DNA of 61,798 nucleotides from Alphaproteobacteria bacterium (lineage in GTDB: Bacteria > Pseudomonadota > Alphaproteobacteria > JANQMY01): NCBI GenBank assembly GCA_028279895.1, contig JANQMY010000071.1:1-61798 (forward strand), written 5' to 3'. Positions within the stretch are counted from its first letter, which is position 1, and the number at the start of each line of letters is the position of its first letter. Both the position numbers and the translations under genes were made by a program. Shown here in pieces: positions 37,935-47,769 of the stretch. The notes under the pieces were generated by a model, which saw nothing but the letters and a program-made list of their open reading frames with translations, made no database searches and was not told the origin of the DNA.

Positions 37935-38355
37935 TTTTAATTCCTTCCTTAAGTGCGAGAAATTTTTCGTGGTCATCAAGGATCTTGAGCTCTTCTTCGG
38001 TGAGCGAAGCGGTTTCTTTCTCGAGCGCATCGGTCAGATATTCCTTGACGAGATCCAAGATGATAGAAGTGGCTTTGTCGTTTCCCTTTATGGCTCTCGC
38101 GCCGAGCTGTTTAACAATCGCCTCGAGTTTAGTAATTTCCGTAGACAGACCATTTTCCTTAACAACGATCTTGCCGTTGGCTTCTTCCTCAACGATCGTC
38201 TTCAGGGCTTTCGACCCTTTCTTCTTGCCCTTGCTGTTGCCGCTGGTTCCCTTCGGCCATTGGGTGTGCTCGGGCGGTTTGCTGTAGCCAACGTCGTAGG
38301 CGCCTCCCAAGTCGACCTTGTTTTTGGGCTTCGGATTGGGTTTCTTGCTGGGCAT
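37897..38355 (-). CDS. DUF5681-type protein (position and size fit a small-terminase-like gene)
   Basis: GYSKPPEHTQWPKGTSGNSKGKKKG resembles the DUF5681 signature (PP...f.kG.SGNP.G.pkG). Its ATG shares one nucleotide with the upstream TGA. Confidence 0.6.
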   Translation of the reverse strand: MPSKKPNPKPKNKVDLGGAYDVGYSKPPEHTQWPKGTSGNSKGKKKGSKALKTIVEEEANGKIVVKENGLSTEITKLEAIVKQLGARAIKGNDKATSIILDLVKEYLTDALEKETASLTEEELKILDDHEKFLALKEGIKNDYNIEPEDNSE

Positions 38356-40037
38356 CAGAAACTCTCCTGTGTCGCGGGTGAGCGATCAGAATCGGCGTCG
38401 GAAAACAATTCGCCCTGCGTGTCGTCGTCGGGGCGGTCTGGACGATCCTGCGGCGGGTCGGCCTGCGATTCGCCGCCGCTGCGTTCGATCCGCAATTGTT
38501 CGAATGTGAGGCCGGTTTCCTTGTGGATGGCGTCGTGCCCTGTGAAACCCTGCCATCGGCGGATGCTCACATCGACATATTTGGGATCAAGCTCCAGGCC
38601 GTAACAGACGCGCCTAGTCTTCTCAGCCGCAATGAGCGTGGTGCCAGACCCCAGGAAAGGATCGAGAACGATGTCGCCGCGATCCGTGACGTCCAGGATG
38701 GCGTCCTCTACAAGCTCCACAGGTTTTGGGGTGGGGTGGCTCGCGTGCGCCTGTTGCGCTGTCGATCCGCGCGATGTGACGCCTGGATACTGCCACACAT
38801 TGGTCCGGTCTCGTCCGAACTTGCCCAGCTGAACATTGTTGAGGTAAGGCACTTTGCCCTTTTTGAAGAGGCAGACAAGTTCGTGGGCGGATCGGTAGAG
38901 GCTTCCCATGCCGCCATTTGACTTGACCCAGACAATCAGGTTGATGTAATCCAAGCCCGCCTCGCAGCCAGCCTGGATGCTGAGGTCCACATGTCGGCCG
39001 TCGATGAAGTTGTAGATGAGGCCACCGTCCATCACGTGGTCCGATGCACATGTCAGGTAGTTTTGGAGGAAGGCTTTGAATTGATCGCGCGTGAGCTCGC
39101 CTGAACCCTGCTGAAAATCCGCGTGTTTGACCTTGCCCTTACCGCCCACAAATCCGTTGATCCGCACGTTGTAGGGTGGGTCGGTGAAGACGATCCGCGC
39201 GAACAGGTCTTTCGGAAGGTGCTTGTAGGACTTTGGATCGCCGGCGTCGGCGCACATAAGGATGTGATCGCCGAGAGTGAAGAGGTCGCCGATTCGTGAG
39301 ACGACTGGCTGATCGGGTATTTCTGCCGGAAGCGCGTTTGCGGCTTCGTCGAAGACAACTTCGCCTGAATTGATGATGACCTCGAGCTCTTCGGTCTCGA
39401 AGCCAGGGATGTCTAGGATAACCTCTTGGTCAATGAAGGTTTCAAGTTCGGCCTTCAAACCCTCCAGATCCCATTCACCCTGTTCCTGAATGCGATTGAG
39501 CGAAAGTCGGAGCTTTCTGAGTTCATCGTTCGGAAGGTGATCTACGACGATGCACCAAATTTCTGTTAGCCCTAGTCGTTGCGCGGCTTGAAGCCGGATG
39601 TGTCCATCGATGACTTCCCCATCTTCGGAAACTATTGGCGGGACAACACCTCCGAACGTCGCGATGCTGTGCTCCACCGTTTGTAAGTGTGTTTCTTCCG
39701 ATTTGCGGACCGTGTTTCCGATTGCGGTTAATTGGTCGATGAAACGGCGCTCAAGACGAGGCTCCGGCTGGAGGTCGTTGCGTCGCGGTGCATGATCAGC
39801 CTTAAGCCCGCGCTTCCGCGAGCGGCGCTTTTTACCCTGCGTTGCAGCCAACTCTTTGGTAAGGTCGGAATTTGATTTGAATGCAGATCGCTTTTTGTGC
39901 ATCTCGGCCGCCGTTGAAAAGAGCCGGGCGTCAAAGCGTCGATCTGGATTTTTGAGGGAGTCGTTTCTGGCCGGAGAGCCGGTGTCGAAACGTGGTTCCC
40001 TCAAGGAACCCCGATCGACGACCCTAACGCCCTCCAT
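38355..40037 (-). CDS. ParB-like nuclease domain fused to a beta-class N4/N6 DNA methyltransferase
   Basis: ParB/Srx block is LQTVEHSIATFGGVVPPIVSEDGEVIDGHIRLQAAQRLGL. Methylase motif IV is FTDPPYNV, followed later by motif I, VLDPFLGSGTTLIAAE. Confidence 0.85.
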   Translation of the reverse strand: MEGVRVVDRGSLREPRFDTGSPARNDSLKNPDRRFDARLFSTAAEMHKKRSAFKSNSDLTKELAATQGKKRRSRKRGLKADHAPRRNDLQPEPRLERRFIDQLTAIGNTVRKSEETHLQTVEHSIATFGGVVPPIVSEDGEVIDGHIRLQAAQRLGLTEIWCIVVDHLPNDELRKLRLSLNRIQEQGEWDLEGLKAELETFIDQEVILDIPGFETEELEVIINSGEVVFDEAANALPAEIPDQPVVSRIGDLFTLGDHILMCADAGDPKSYKHLPKDLFARIVFTDPPYNVRINGFVGGKGKVKHADFQQGSGELTRDQFKAFLQNYLTCASDHVMDGGLIYNFIDGRHVDLSIQAGCEAGLDYINLIVWVKSNGGMGSLYRSAHELVCLFKKGKVPYLNNVQLGKFGRDRTNVWQYPGVTSRGSTAQQAHASHPTPKPVELVEDAILDVTDRGDIVLDPFLGSGTTLIAAEKTRRVCYGLELDPKYVDVSIRRWQGFTGHDAIHKETGLTFEQLRIERSGGESQADPPQDRPDRPDDDTQGELFSDADSDRSPATQESF

Positions 40038-40198
40038 GGCTCAGTCGTATCGAATCGATTATGTGATTCGCTTATACAAATCTTGGTCGCTATGCGTCAA
40101 GTCCGATGGCGGGCGATTTGATCGAGGCGGGAAACGAACCGCCTGCCCCCCTTCGAGCGACATTCGCATTTAAACGCAGGCTGGTGATGGTTGGGCCC

Positions 40199-41068
40199 TT
40201 AACTCTGCAATATACTGACCATTTCCACAAAGTCGGTTTCGCGGATAATCGTGATCGGTTGGCCAGCTTCAATGAGTTTTTCTGCCTTTCGATGTTTTGA
40301 GCTTTTGGTTTCGCCAGCTAGGCGCGACACGTCCTGATCGCCAACACACAATATCGTTGTCTTCTTGGTGACGCCCGGCGTCATGGTGCAGCCAACTTTT
40401 GCGGCCAAGTTTGCCGCTTTTTGCCGGGGTATGCTAAGCGCGCCAGTAAACACAATGTGTTCCCCAAACATTGGTCCGTCAGCATCGCCTTCGCGTTTCA
40501 CGCTCTGGGTACCGTCGGGCGCATTCCCGTCAATTGGTTGAACAACTCGTCGCAACCAGCCTTCAATATTGAGGCCTGTTTCAGCGGAGGCAGCAAGAAT
40601 AATTTGACCGGCCGCTTTGGCGTCCTCCAAGGCGTTGTGATGTTGGAAGGAATAGCCGATCTTCCTGCAAATGTTGGCGAGGCCGTATCCTGAACGGGAG
40701 AATTCATCCCAAGTTCGGCGCGCCACGCGCGCTGAATCCAACCACTTGCAATCGAATGCTGGATGGCCTGCTTTTGAACAGGCTTGATACATCGCGACCC
40801 GGTCGAAATGAGTATGCGTTACGACCGCCGGTGCTTTTAGACGTTTCGCCAAGTCGCCGACTAGTTCGGAAAATGTGGGAGCGCCCTCAACGTCGCTCTC
40901 TTCGATGCCGTGGATGCTGACATTCATCATGTCGAAATGCGACTGGGGATCAACAAGTGTAACCCACTCGTCGACAATATGACCGTTGGCGAAACGCGCA
41001 ATCCCGACTTGACAGATTGAAGCCAAATCTGCGTTGGCGGTTTCTACGTCGAGGGCGGCGAATTCCAT
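40199..41068 (-). CDS. DnaQ-like (DEDDh) 3'-5' exonuclease with C-terminal BRCT domain
   Basis: Exo I is FAALDVETAN. Exo III is HNALEDAKAAGQI. The C-terminal FTGALSIPRQKAANLAAKVGCTMTPGVTKKTTILCVGDQD is BRCT-like. Confidence 0.8.
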   Translation of the reverse strand: MEFAALDVETANADLASICQVGIARFANGHIVDEWVTLVDPQSHFDMMNVSIHGIEESDVEGAPTFSELVGDLAKRLKAPAVVTHTHFDRVAMYQACSKAGHPAFDCKWLDSARVARRTWDEFSRSGYGLANICRKIGYSFQHHNALEDAKAAGQIILAASAETGLNIEGWLRRVVQPIDGNAPDGTQSVKREGDADGPMFGEHIVFTGALSIPRQKAANLAAKVGCTMTPGVTKKTTILCVGDQDVSRLAGETKSSKHRKAEKLIEAGQPITIIRETDFVEMVSILQS

Positions 41069-41210
41069 ACGATTTCTCCAAGTTCGTATGACTACTTTGT
41101 TATATAAGTTGTTGAAGCCGGTCGATAGGCCGAAAACTAGCTGACTTATTTATGATGTCTGGTAAGATTCGTATTATACAGCTTTCGATTGCAAACAAAA
41201 AACTCTGTGA

Positions 41211-42335
41211 TTGTTTGTGCCGTTTCGTTTCATTCATACTGCCGATTGGCAGCTTGGCCGGCCTTTCGCTCAGTTTGAGCCTGAGCTGGCTGCCCAGCTA
41301 TCAAGTGCAAGGCTTGGCATCATTGAGCGAATTGCGAATGCCGCCCATGCCGAGGACGTCGAGCATGTTCTCGTCGCTGGCGATGTTTGGGACACTGCTT
41401 CGCCTTCTGACAGGCTACTGCGCCAGCCACTAGACCTGATGCGAGACGCCGATACACTCACCTGGTGGCTTCTGCCCGGAAACCATGACCCTTCAGAACC
41501 GTATGGACTTTGGGATCGCCTGAAATTGATGGGGTTGCCCGCGAACGTGCGCCCTCTGATGGATTCAACGCCAATTGAGATAACGGACCATGCAACGCTT
41601 TTGCCCGCGCCATGGACCTCGAAAGCACCCGGCCGAGACCTTACTGCCGGATTTGCTTCCGTCAGCACGCGATCTGATATGCTGAGAATTGGCCTTGCGC
41701 ACGGCGGAACGTGTGGATTCTTCGATCAATCGCCACAGTCAGCAGCAATCGCCGAAAATCGCGCCATAGAAGCGGGCCTCGATTATCTCGCTTTGGGTGA
41801 TTGGCATGGTTTGCAACAGGTCGATCAGTATACATGGTATGCTGGCACACCAGAGCCTGATCGCTTCCCCAGCAACGATCCGGGTTCAGTGCTAGTCGTC
41901 GAACTGAAAGCTGGCGCCGCCCCCGTAGTGAAACCTGTCCGAACCGCAAGCTATACATGGACACGCGACCGACTAGACTGCCGGGATGGTATCGACCTTT
42001 GTGCCGAGGTCACGGAGCTGTTCGATGCGCATGGTCCGAGGCATCGGCACCTAAGCCGGCTTGAACTGTACGGCGCGTTGCGTCTCGACGAGCGGATGCG
42101 GTTCCTGTCTTTCCTGGAGCAGGAACGGCAGAGCCTCGCTCACCTGCGCCTGAAGGCAGACGCTCTTCTCTGCCTTGCTGATGCGGACGCGCTTGATGAG
42201 ATCGACCGTGAGGGCACTCTTCGGGACGCTGCGGCAAATATCCTCGCCAAGATGGAAGACATTTCTCTATCCAAGGACGAACGTGCGACGGCGCGAAGAG
42301 CGCTGGACTACCTCGCAGCCTTTGCGGCCGGGTAA
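41211..42335 (+). CDS. calcineurin-like metallophosphoesterase, SbcD/YhaO-like DNA exonuclease subunit
   Basis: FRFIHTADWQLG, VLVAGDVWD, LPGNHD and LAHGG motifs appear in the canonical order. The start could be TTG at 41211 or GTG at 41217. Confidence 0.75.
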   Translation: MFVPFRFIHTADWQLGRPFAQFEPELAAQLSSARLGIIERIANAAHAEDVEHVLVAGDVWDTASPSDRLLRQPLDLMRDADTLTWWLLPGNHDPSEPYGLWDRLKLMGLPANVRPLMDSTPIEITDHATLLPAPWTSKAPGRDLTAGFASVSTRSDMLRIGLAHGGTCGFFDQSPQSAAIAENRAIEAGLDYLALGDWHGLQQVDQYTWYAGTPEPDRFPSNDPGSVLVVELKAGAAPVVKPVRTASYTWTRDRLDCRDGIDLCAEVTELFDAHGPRHRHLSRLELYGALRLDERMRFLSFLEQERQSLAHLRLKADALLCLADADALDEIDREGTLRDAAANILAKMEDISLSKDERATARRALDYLAAFAAG

Positions 42336-42344
42336 GCATCGGCC

Positions 42345-44933
42345 ATGAAAATTCGCGCGCTTCGTGTTCGGAATGTAGGGCCTTTTGGAGAGCTAGGGTG
42401 CGCACTGGAGGGACTGTCAGATGGTCTCAATGTCATCCGCGAACGTAACGAAGCTGGAAAGTCCACGCTCTTCACAGCGTTGCAGACAGTACTCTTCGAA
42501 AAGCACTCAAGTGCCAAATCGGCATTGAAAGAACTTCGCCATGACCGGGGAGCAGGCGCTCCGTTCATCGAGCTCGATCTCGAAGTCGATGGGCGGGTCT
42601 ACCGAATATCAAAACAATATCTGTCAGCTGCGTCAGTTGTAGTAACCGACGCCCTCACAGGAGAACGCTTGTCGGAAAAGCGCGACGCTGAAGACTGGAT
42701 CACACGGTTGATCGGAAGCGACAACCCCGACGATGGTCCTTCAGGGATGCTCTGGATAAGACAAGGTGCTCCTTTCCTACAGCCCAAACCTGAAGGTAGC
42801 GCGGGCGAAGCCCTCTTTTCCGTACTTGAAGGTGAAGTCGATACGGTCATGGGCGGCCAACGAGCGGCGAGAGTGTTAGATCGCGCAGGGAAGCGACTGG
42901 GTGAAATCGTCAGCACCGCCAGGACGACGCCGAAAGGCGCGTTCAAAGAAGCTATAAGCAGACTGGCAGAGCTTGAACAAGAGCAAACCGATCTTGCAGC
43001 GTCAGTGCGTCAGTCGGAATCGGACCGCGAAAAACTCGTTGGTGTCTGCTCTCAACTGGAGAAACTGACTACCGAGGACGATAGCAAGCTTGCGCGGGAC
43101 CTCGCAGAGGCACGCAAGGAACTGGAGGTTGCGAAAAGTGCTTCGGAAAGAATTCGTGGCTTGAAATCGGAGGCGAGTGCCCTTAAGGCGAATCTAAAAT
43201 CCGCCGAGGGCGAGCTTGCTCGGTTCACCGCGGACTTAGATCGAGCTGTAGCGCTGCGCCGGAGAATATCCGGAATACGATCCCTCTCCGCGCGCACTCA
43301 AGCTGATATTAGGGAATGTGAGCTGTCATTAGCGGCGCTCCGGGAAAAAGCCGACAATGCTACGGCAACGTTAAAGCACGCCAGAAAAGCTCATCAGACG
43401 GCGCTGGCTGCAGAGAAGCGCCGCCAGGGTTTTCAGCAACGAAAGTCGCTCGAAAAGGTCTTGGAGCGCGTAGAGGGTATTGTATCGCAACTAAAGACCG
43501 CTGAAATGACGGCTGCCGCCGAACTGCCAGAATTGTCCCTACTCGAACAGGCCAACGACGACATCTTGGAATTTGAAGCTCAGGCGCGAGCCACTCGTCC
43601 GACATTGACCGTTGAAAAGTCGGGCGCACCGGTCTTGCTGAATGGCGAGACAATAGGTGACAGTAGGCTGGTCAGACTCTCTGGCCATTCGAAGTTGAGC
43701 TATCAGGACCTTGAGCTTTCAATCGAGACACCGGACACTCAGGGTACCGAAGAAAAGCTCGACAAGGCGAAGAAGGCACTCCGCGACCTGCTTGAGCCGT
43801 GCGGCGCCAATAATATCAATGCTGCTCGACAACTCCATGAGGAGCGCAACGTGGCGCGCGACGCGGTCGAAAGACTGACAACCGATCTCAATGAGTTCGC
43901 ACCACAGGGCATCATAGCGCTCGAGAACGAGTTGGCGGCTCTACCTGATGCTGATGAAGAGGAAGTGGTGTCAGAAGACTCCGATACTCTCGAGGGAGCA
44001 GCTGAAATCGCAGAACAGGCACTAGCGCGCATCGAATCTGAACGTGATGCGGCGGCAGAAGGGCTATCCAACCAGCGACAGCAGCTTGTGATTTTTGAGA
44101 CGCAGATCGAAGGTCTCGATCACCAGCTCGAAGAACTGGATGTCGCCTTGGAACAGGATACTGAATGTGAGGATCGTAGAGCTAAGCTAAACGAAGCGAT
44201 CGCCGAAGCTCGGCGTCGCTGGCGGGAAGCTCAGGATAGGGTTGACGAAGCAGAACGTGACCGTCCCTCACTTGAGGGAGCACGGGCGCGTGTGGGACGA
44301 CTAGAGACGGCTTCTCAGAATCGTTCAAGCGATCGGATCCGCTTATCAAAGGAGGAAGGCGAATTGCGCGGGAGGCTAGCTCAGGCAGGTCAGGAGGGAT
44401 CGGCCGAGAAACTCGCTGCCGTCGAAACTGAGATCGTTAGATGGCAGGAAAGCGTTTCTTTATTTGAAGACGAGCGAGACGCACTTCTTCTACTTGTGGA
44501 CGAACTCTCAAAGGCACGCATAAACCGGCGAAGCAAATTCTTCGCGCCGGTACGCCACGCCGTCGACCCCTTACTTTCGCTGGTCCTTGGCAATGCGTCG
44601 CTTGCCTATGACGACAGTCTGGGCCCGGAAGTGCTCGAACGAAACGGAGCACGCGAAAATATAAAGCGCCTTTCCGGCGGCACGCGTGAACAGATCGCCG
44701 TGTTGACGCGGCTTGGTTTCGCCCAGGTTATGGCGGGTAAGGGACGCCACATTCCGATTGTTATTGATGATGCGCTTGTCTATTCGGATGATGAACGTAT
44801 CCAGAAACTGTTTGACGCAATCAATGTCGTCGCTGCCAACGTGCAGATCATTGCATTCTCCTGCCGGCAGAAGGCGTTCGAATCGCTGGGCGGGACAACA
44901 ATCCATCCGATAGACTTTCCGGTGTCGCAATGA
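42345..44933 (+). CDS. SbcC/YhaN-like SMC-type AAA ATPase
   Basis: N-terminal Walker A is ERNEAGKSTLFTAL. A long coiled-coil region follows. The C-terminal ABC signature is LSGGTREQIAVLTRLGF and Walker B/D-loop is IPIVIDDALVYSDDER. Confidence 0.8.
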   Translation: MKIRALRVRNVGPFGELGCALEGLSDGLNVIRERNEAGKSTLFTALQTVLFEKHSSAKSALKELRHDRGAGAPFIELDLEVDGRVYRISKQYLSAASVVVTDALTGERLSEKRDAEDWITRLIGSDNPDDGPSGMLWIRQGAPFLQPKPEGSAGEALFSVLEGEVDTVMGGQRAARVLDRAGKRLGEIVSTARTTPKGAFKEAISRLAELEQEQTDLAASVRQSESDREKLVGVCSQLEKLTTEDDSKLARDLAEARKELEVAKSASERIRGLKSEASALKANLKSAEGELARFTADLDRAVALRRRISGIRSLSARTQADIRECELSLAALREKADNATATLKHARKAHQTALAAEKRRQGFQQRKSLEKVLERVEGIVSQLKTAEMTAAAELPELSLLEQANDDILEFEAQARATRPTLTVEKSGAPVLLNGETIGDSRLVRLSGHSKLSYQDLELSIETPDTQGTEEKLDKAKKALRDLLEPCGANNINAARQLHEERNVARDAVERLTTDLNEFAPQGIIALENELAALPDADEEEVVSEDSDTLEGAAEIAEQALARIESERDAAAEGLSNQRQQLVIFETQIEGLDHQLEELDVALEQDTECEDRRAKLNEAIAEARRRWREAQDRVDEAERDRPSLEGARARVGRLETASQNRSSDRIRLSKEEGELRGRLAQAGQEGSAEKLAAVETEIVRWQESVSLFEDERDALLLLVDELSKARINRRSKFFAPVRHAVDPLLSLVLGNASLAYDDSLGPEVLERNGARENIKRLSGGTREQIAVLTRLGFAQVMAGKGRHIPIVIDDALVYSDDERIQKLFDAINVVAANVQIIAFSCRQKAFESLGGTTIHPIDFPVSQ

Positions 44934-45373
44934 AGTTCTTGACCCTGTTCAGTAGGAAGAAGGATGTGCCAAGCAAGCCTGACGCTTCAGGCTCAGCTAT
45001 TCAATTTGACGTTAGAAAGGATAGCGCTGGGAACAATATGGTGCGCCTGGCAGATATCGAACAATCGATAGGTGGCGTTCGTCAACTCACTCAAGCCGGT
45101 ATAGACGAAATGGTCGCTCGCAAGCATGACCTGGAATTCCAGTATGCGCTCTGTCAGCGGCTCATGGCCGATGGTGACATACTCCCATTTCCTTTCGAAC
45201 GAGCAGTGATCCTGCTTCGGAAGGCGAAGAGATTCGAAGACGAACAAGCGCTTTGCCGATACGTCACTGATTGGTGTCAGCAGGCTGAGAAGAACTGGGA
45301 TGGTCGGTCTGCGAAACACTGGCTCAGCCCGCGTCTTCGGAGGATCGTCACGAGAAATCACCGAGATCGGTGA
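44930..45373 (+). CDS. hypothetical protein translationally coupled to the SbcC-like gene
   Basis: Its ATG overlaps the upstream TGA (ATGA at 44930-44933). No motif recognised. Confidence 0.5.
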   Translation: MKFLTLFSRKKDVPSKPDASGSAIQFDVRKDSAGNNMVRLADIEQSIGGVRQLTQAGIDEMVARKHDLEFQYALCQRLMADGDILPFPFERAVILLRKAKRFEDEQALCRYVTDWCQQAEKNWDGRSAKHWLSPRLRRIVTRNHRDR

Positions 45374-45682
45374 AGTTCGTCTGCTGCGGCTAGTGTCCTC
45401 TTGTGCACCAATACCTACTTAGCCACTTAATTTGCAGAAAGCAGAAAGTTCGGCCTCCGGGGAGAGCGAACTTTTGAGCATGGGCTCCTTTCGGATGTTT
45501 GCATAGATCTTCCTCCCAAAAAGTCGATCGGTTAGAACTGCAATTTTCCACTTATGATGTTCTTTTCAGGTGAGGAGAGTCCCGAGAATATGTCGAAGCT
45601 CATCGAGGCGCAGCTGGCCTTTGTGTAGAAGCAGGTTGAGTAAGCGCATGGATTCAGTGCCTTACTGCCAACCCGCGGCGAC

Positions 45683-46909
45683 TTAGTCGTTTTGACGGTC
45701 GACGTCTACTGCTGGCTGCTGTCGCTTACTGAGAATTGCGCGGACCTCTCCAACCATCTTGTCGTACCAGTACCAAACCCCGGCAATCATTACTCCAAGT
45801 CCAAGGCTTGGGTTCTTTCCGTCTATGCCTTTCCAGGTATCGACAAATCCATTCTTTCCGTAGAGGGAGAAGTCAGTGAAGCCCTCAGATTTCATCTGCT
45901 CTACGATTTGAGTGGCAGTATATTTTGGACGCTCTACCTCTCTAACCGCCATCTCAATAGCAGAGCCTTCTGTAGCGTAAGTGACCGCCTGATCGGCCTT
46001 CCTGGGGTTATTAACTGTTTTGGGGACTATGAACACTCGATAGGAATACCGAGGATCGTTGTATTCTTCCTCCGTCATCTCGCTCTCTATTAGCTGATTG
46101 ACCGCATGGATGACGTCGGGTAGCCCTTTATCCCCGACAACATCTCTGAGATCTCTTAGAGAAATCTCGGCAAACTGAATGGCGAAAGCTAAATCTTCTG
46201 CTATTGAGCAGGCACTACCGAACCATTCACACATCCAGTAGTCGAAGTTTAGAGCACAGGCTTGAAGCTTCGGCTCTAGAAACCGATCGACGTTGTCAGA
46301 AAGGCGATGTTCTATCTCATTCCGCACAGCGATAAGATAATGGAGATTCGTTTTCACAGCCTTAGGCAAAGGACATTCGTGTGCGTTTAGACACTTGGTC
46401 AGTTCCCAGTGTTTTGGCCTACCGTCATCTGTCAGGACAAGTTCTTTGCCTCTCTTGTAGCGGTAATCGATTTCCTTTGTGCGATAGTAAGCGTGCATCA
46501 GGTATGTCCACGCGATAATCGCATTAACTATAAAGATCTCCGACTTCCACTTAATGGTTGGATTATTGAATGTGGCGACGGCACTTTTCATGGCCTCGCC
46601 AGCTTTCTGCACGAGTTGGAAGTGAGCTTCTTGGGGAAGCATGCCGAGTTGTTTTGCAACCCGCTCGAAGCGCCCATAGCGTGCCAGAAAGTTGTCTACG
46701 TCTGTCTTTGTGGCTGTTGGTTTATCAGCATACTTCGGATTGTCAGCGTCTCTGAAGTAACCGATTTCGCGATGATTGATCGTGCGTGAGACATGACTGA
46801 AAACTGCTACGATCATCTGATCGTTGAATTCAGTATGCGCAATTAATCCCTTGATAAGTCCAATCTCGCTGTCAGTGAGGACCAGTTTCTGCTGCAATCG
46901 CTTTGACAC
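45683..46909 (-). CDS. DUF3644-like protein
   Basis: AVATFNNPTIKWKSEIFIVNAIIAWTYLMHAYY resembles the DUF3644 core as I remember it. The rest is not recognised. Confidence 0.55.
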   Translation of the reverse strand: MSKRLQQKLVLTDSEIGLIKGLIAHTEFNDQMIVAVFSHVSRTINHREIGYFRDADNPKYADKPTATKTDVDNFLARYGRFERVAKQLGMLPQEAHFQLVQKAGEAMKSAVATFNNPTIKWKSEIFIVNAIIAWTYLMHAYYRTKEIDYRYKRGKELVLTDDGRPKHWELTKCLNAHECPLPKAVKTNLHYLIAVRNEIEHRLSDNVDRFLEPKLQACALNFDYWMCEWFGSACSIAEDLAFAIQFAEISLRDLRDVVGDKGLPDVIHAVNQLIESEMTEEEYNDPRYSYRVFIVPKTVNNPRKADQAVTYATEGSAIEMAVREVERPKYTATQIVEQMKSEGFTDFSLYGKNGFVDTWKGIDGKNPSLGLGVMIAGVWYWYDKMVGEVRAILSKRQQPAVDVDRQND

Positions 46910-47101
46910 CGCTTGCTCCCGGCATTCTCAAGTATCTAAGTGTTCTTTGGAATCGGTCTCTGATCGACATTAGACAACTTATGGTAACCGCAGTTTTCAG
47001 TTGAAACCAGTCGACATGGCTACTCTACGCATCCGGTAGAAGCTCAGCAGAGCAAGTATGAATACACTGACGGCAGCAAAGAGAACGGACCAGACAAACG
47101 G

Positions 47102-47482
47102 TTGACTTCATCGGAGAACGAAGCGTCACTGAGGGACGCTTGCGAGAAAGCTTGGCGTGAAATCGGACTTAGTGATTTGGCGAATCCCTTAGACGAGTTG
47201 TTTTTTGAGCGGAAATGGTTACTGGCACAGTTGGAGTGCGGGGGAACGGAAGAAGGTTCGTTGGAGCGGGATCTGATAATGCGGAAGCTCAACGAAGTCG
47301 ATTTGCGGATCGCGGCCACGCCGTCTAAGTCATTCGCCGACCTTTCTGGCAAGCTGATACGTTTTAGTGAGATTGAGTATCCAAGCATCGAATCGATCCC
47401 AGAGGACTCGCTTGATACCATCTTGCTGAAGTCTATCTTGCGCGACGTGCAACGCCTAGCCGCTGACGAGTGTGCAACCTAG
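47102..47482 (+). CDS. hypothetical protein (non-ATG start)
   Basis: Open frame only. Confidence 0.3.
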   Translation: MTSSENEASLRDACEKAWREIGLSDLANPLDELFFERKWLLAQLECGGTEEGSLERDLIMRKLNEVDLRIAATPSKSFADLSGKLIRFSEIEYPSIESIPEDSLDTILLKSILRDVQRLAADECAT

Positions 47483-47560
47483 GTAGCTCACCGCGTCTGT
47501 CGTCACCGCAGAATTCAATAACTCTCATCATTGTCTACCTATACTGAACGAGCCCGTTCC

Positions 47561-47576
47561 GTGAAATTAATTTCAC
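47561..47576. repeat. perfect 16-bp palindrome GTGAAATTAATTTCAC
   Basis: Read directly. Lies in the non-coding stretch between the last island ORF and tRNA-Ser. Confidence 0.6.
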
Positions 47577-47751
47577 ATCCGTGCGTGCTTGGAAGGCACC
47601 TGTCGACCGTCTTTTGAAGGCGGTCCCCTCCACATTTCTCTGACTTTTTTTGACGTCGCGATCTCAGATTTGGGCGCTTCTGATTTCGGCCGGCGGACAG
47701 CGCGTCCACGACGCGAATTTACAGGCGCGAAATCCGAAATTTCCCTGCAAA

Positions 47752-47769
47752 TTCCCTGCTAGCAGGGAA
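47752..47769. repeat. perfect 18-bp palindrome TTCCCTGCTAGCAGGGAA, preceded by a direct copy of TTCCCTGC at 47741-47748
   Basis: Read directly. Lies about 195 bp from the tRNA 3' end. Confidence 0.6.

Larger units (their letters stand above)
33363..40037. mobile_element. prophage-remnant or satellite-like module (regulator, DUF3489, DUF2924, serine recombinase, terminase, DUF5681, ParB-methylase)
   Basis: It has phage packaging and recombination genes. No portal, capsid or tail genes appear anywhere in the window. Confidence 0.5.

Noticed and set aside
37843-38604. 253-aa plus-strand ORF across the terminase, DUF5681 and methylase junctions
   Set aside because: It is antisense to three recognisable phage genes and has low-complexity Ser/Phe/Leu-rich sequence.
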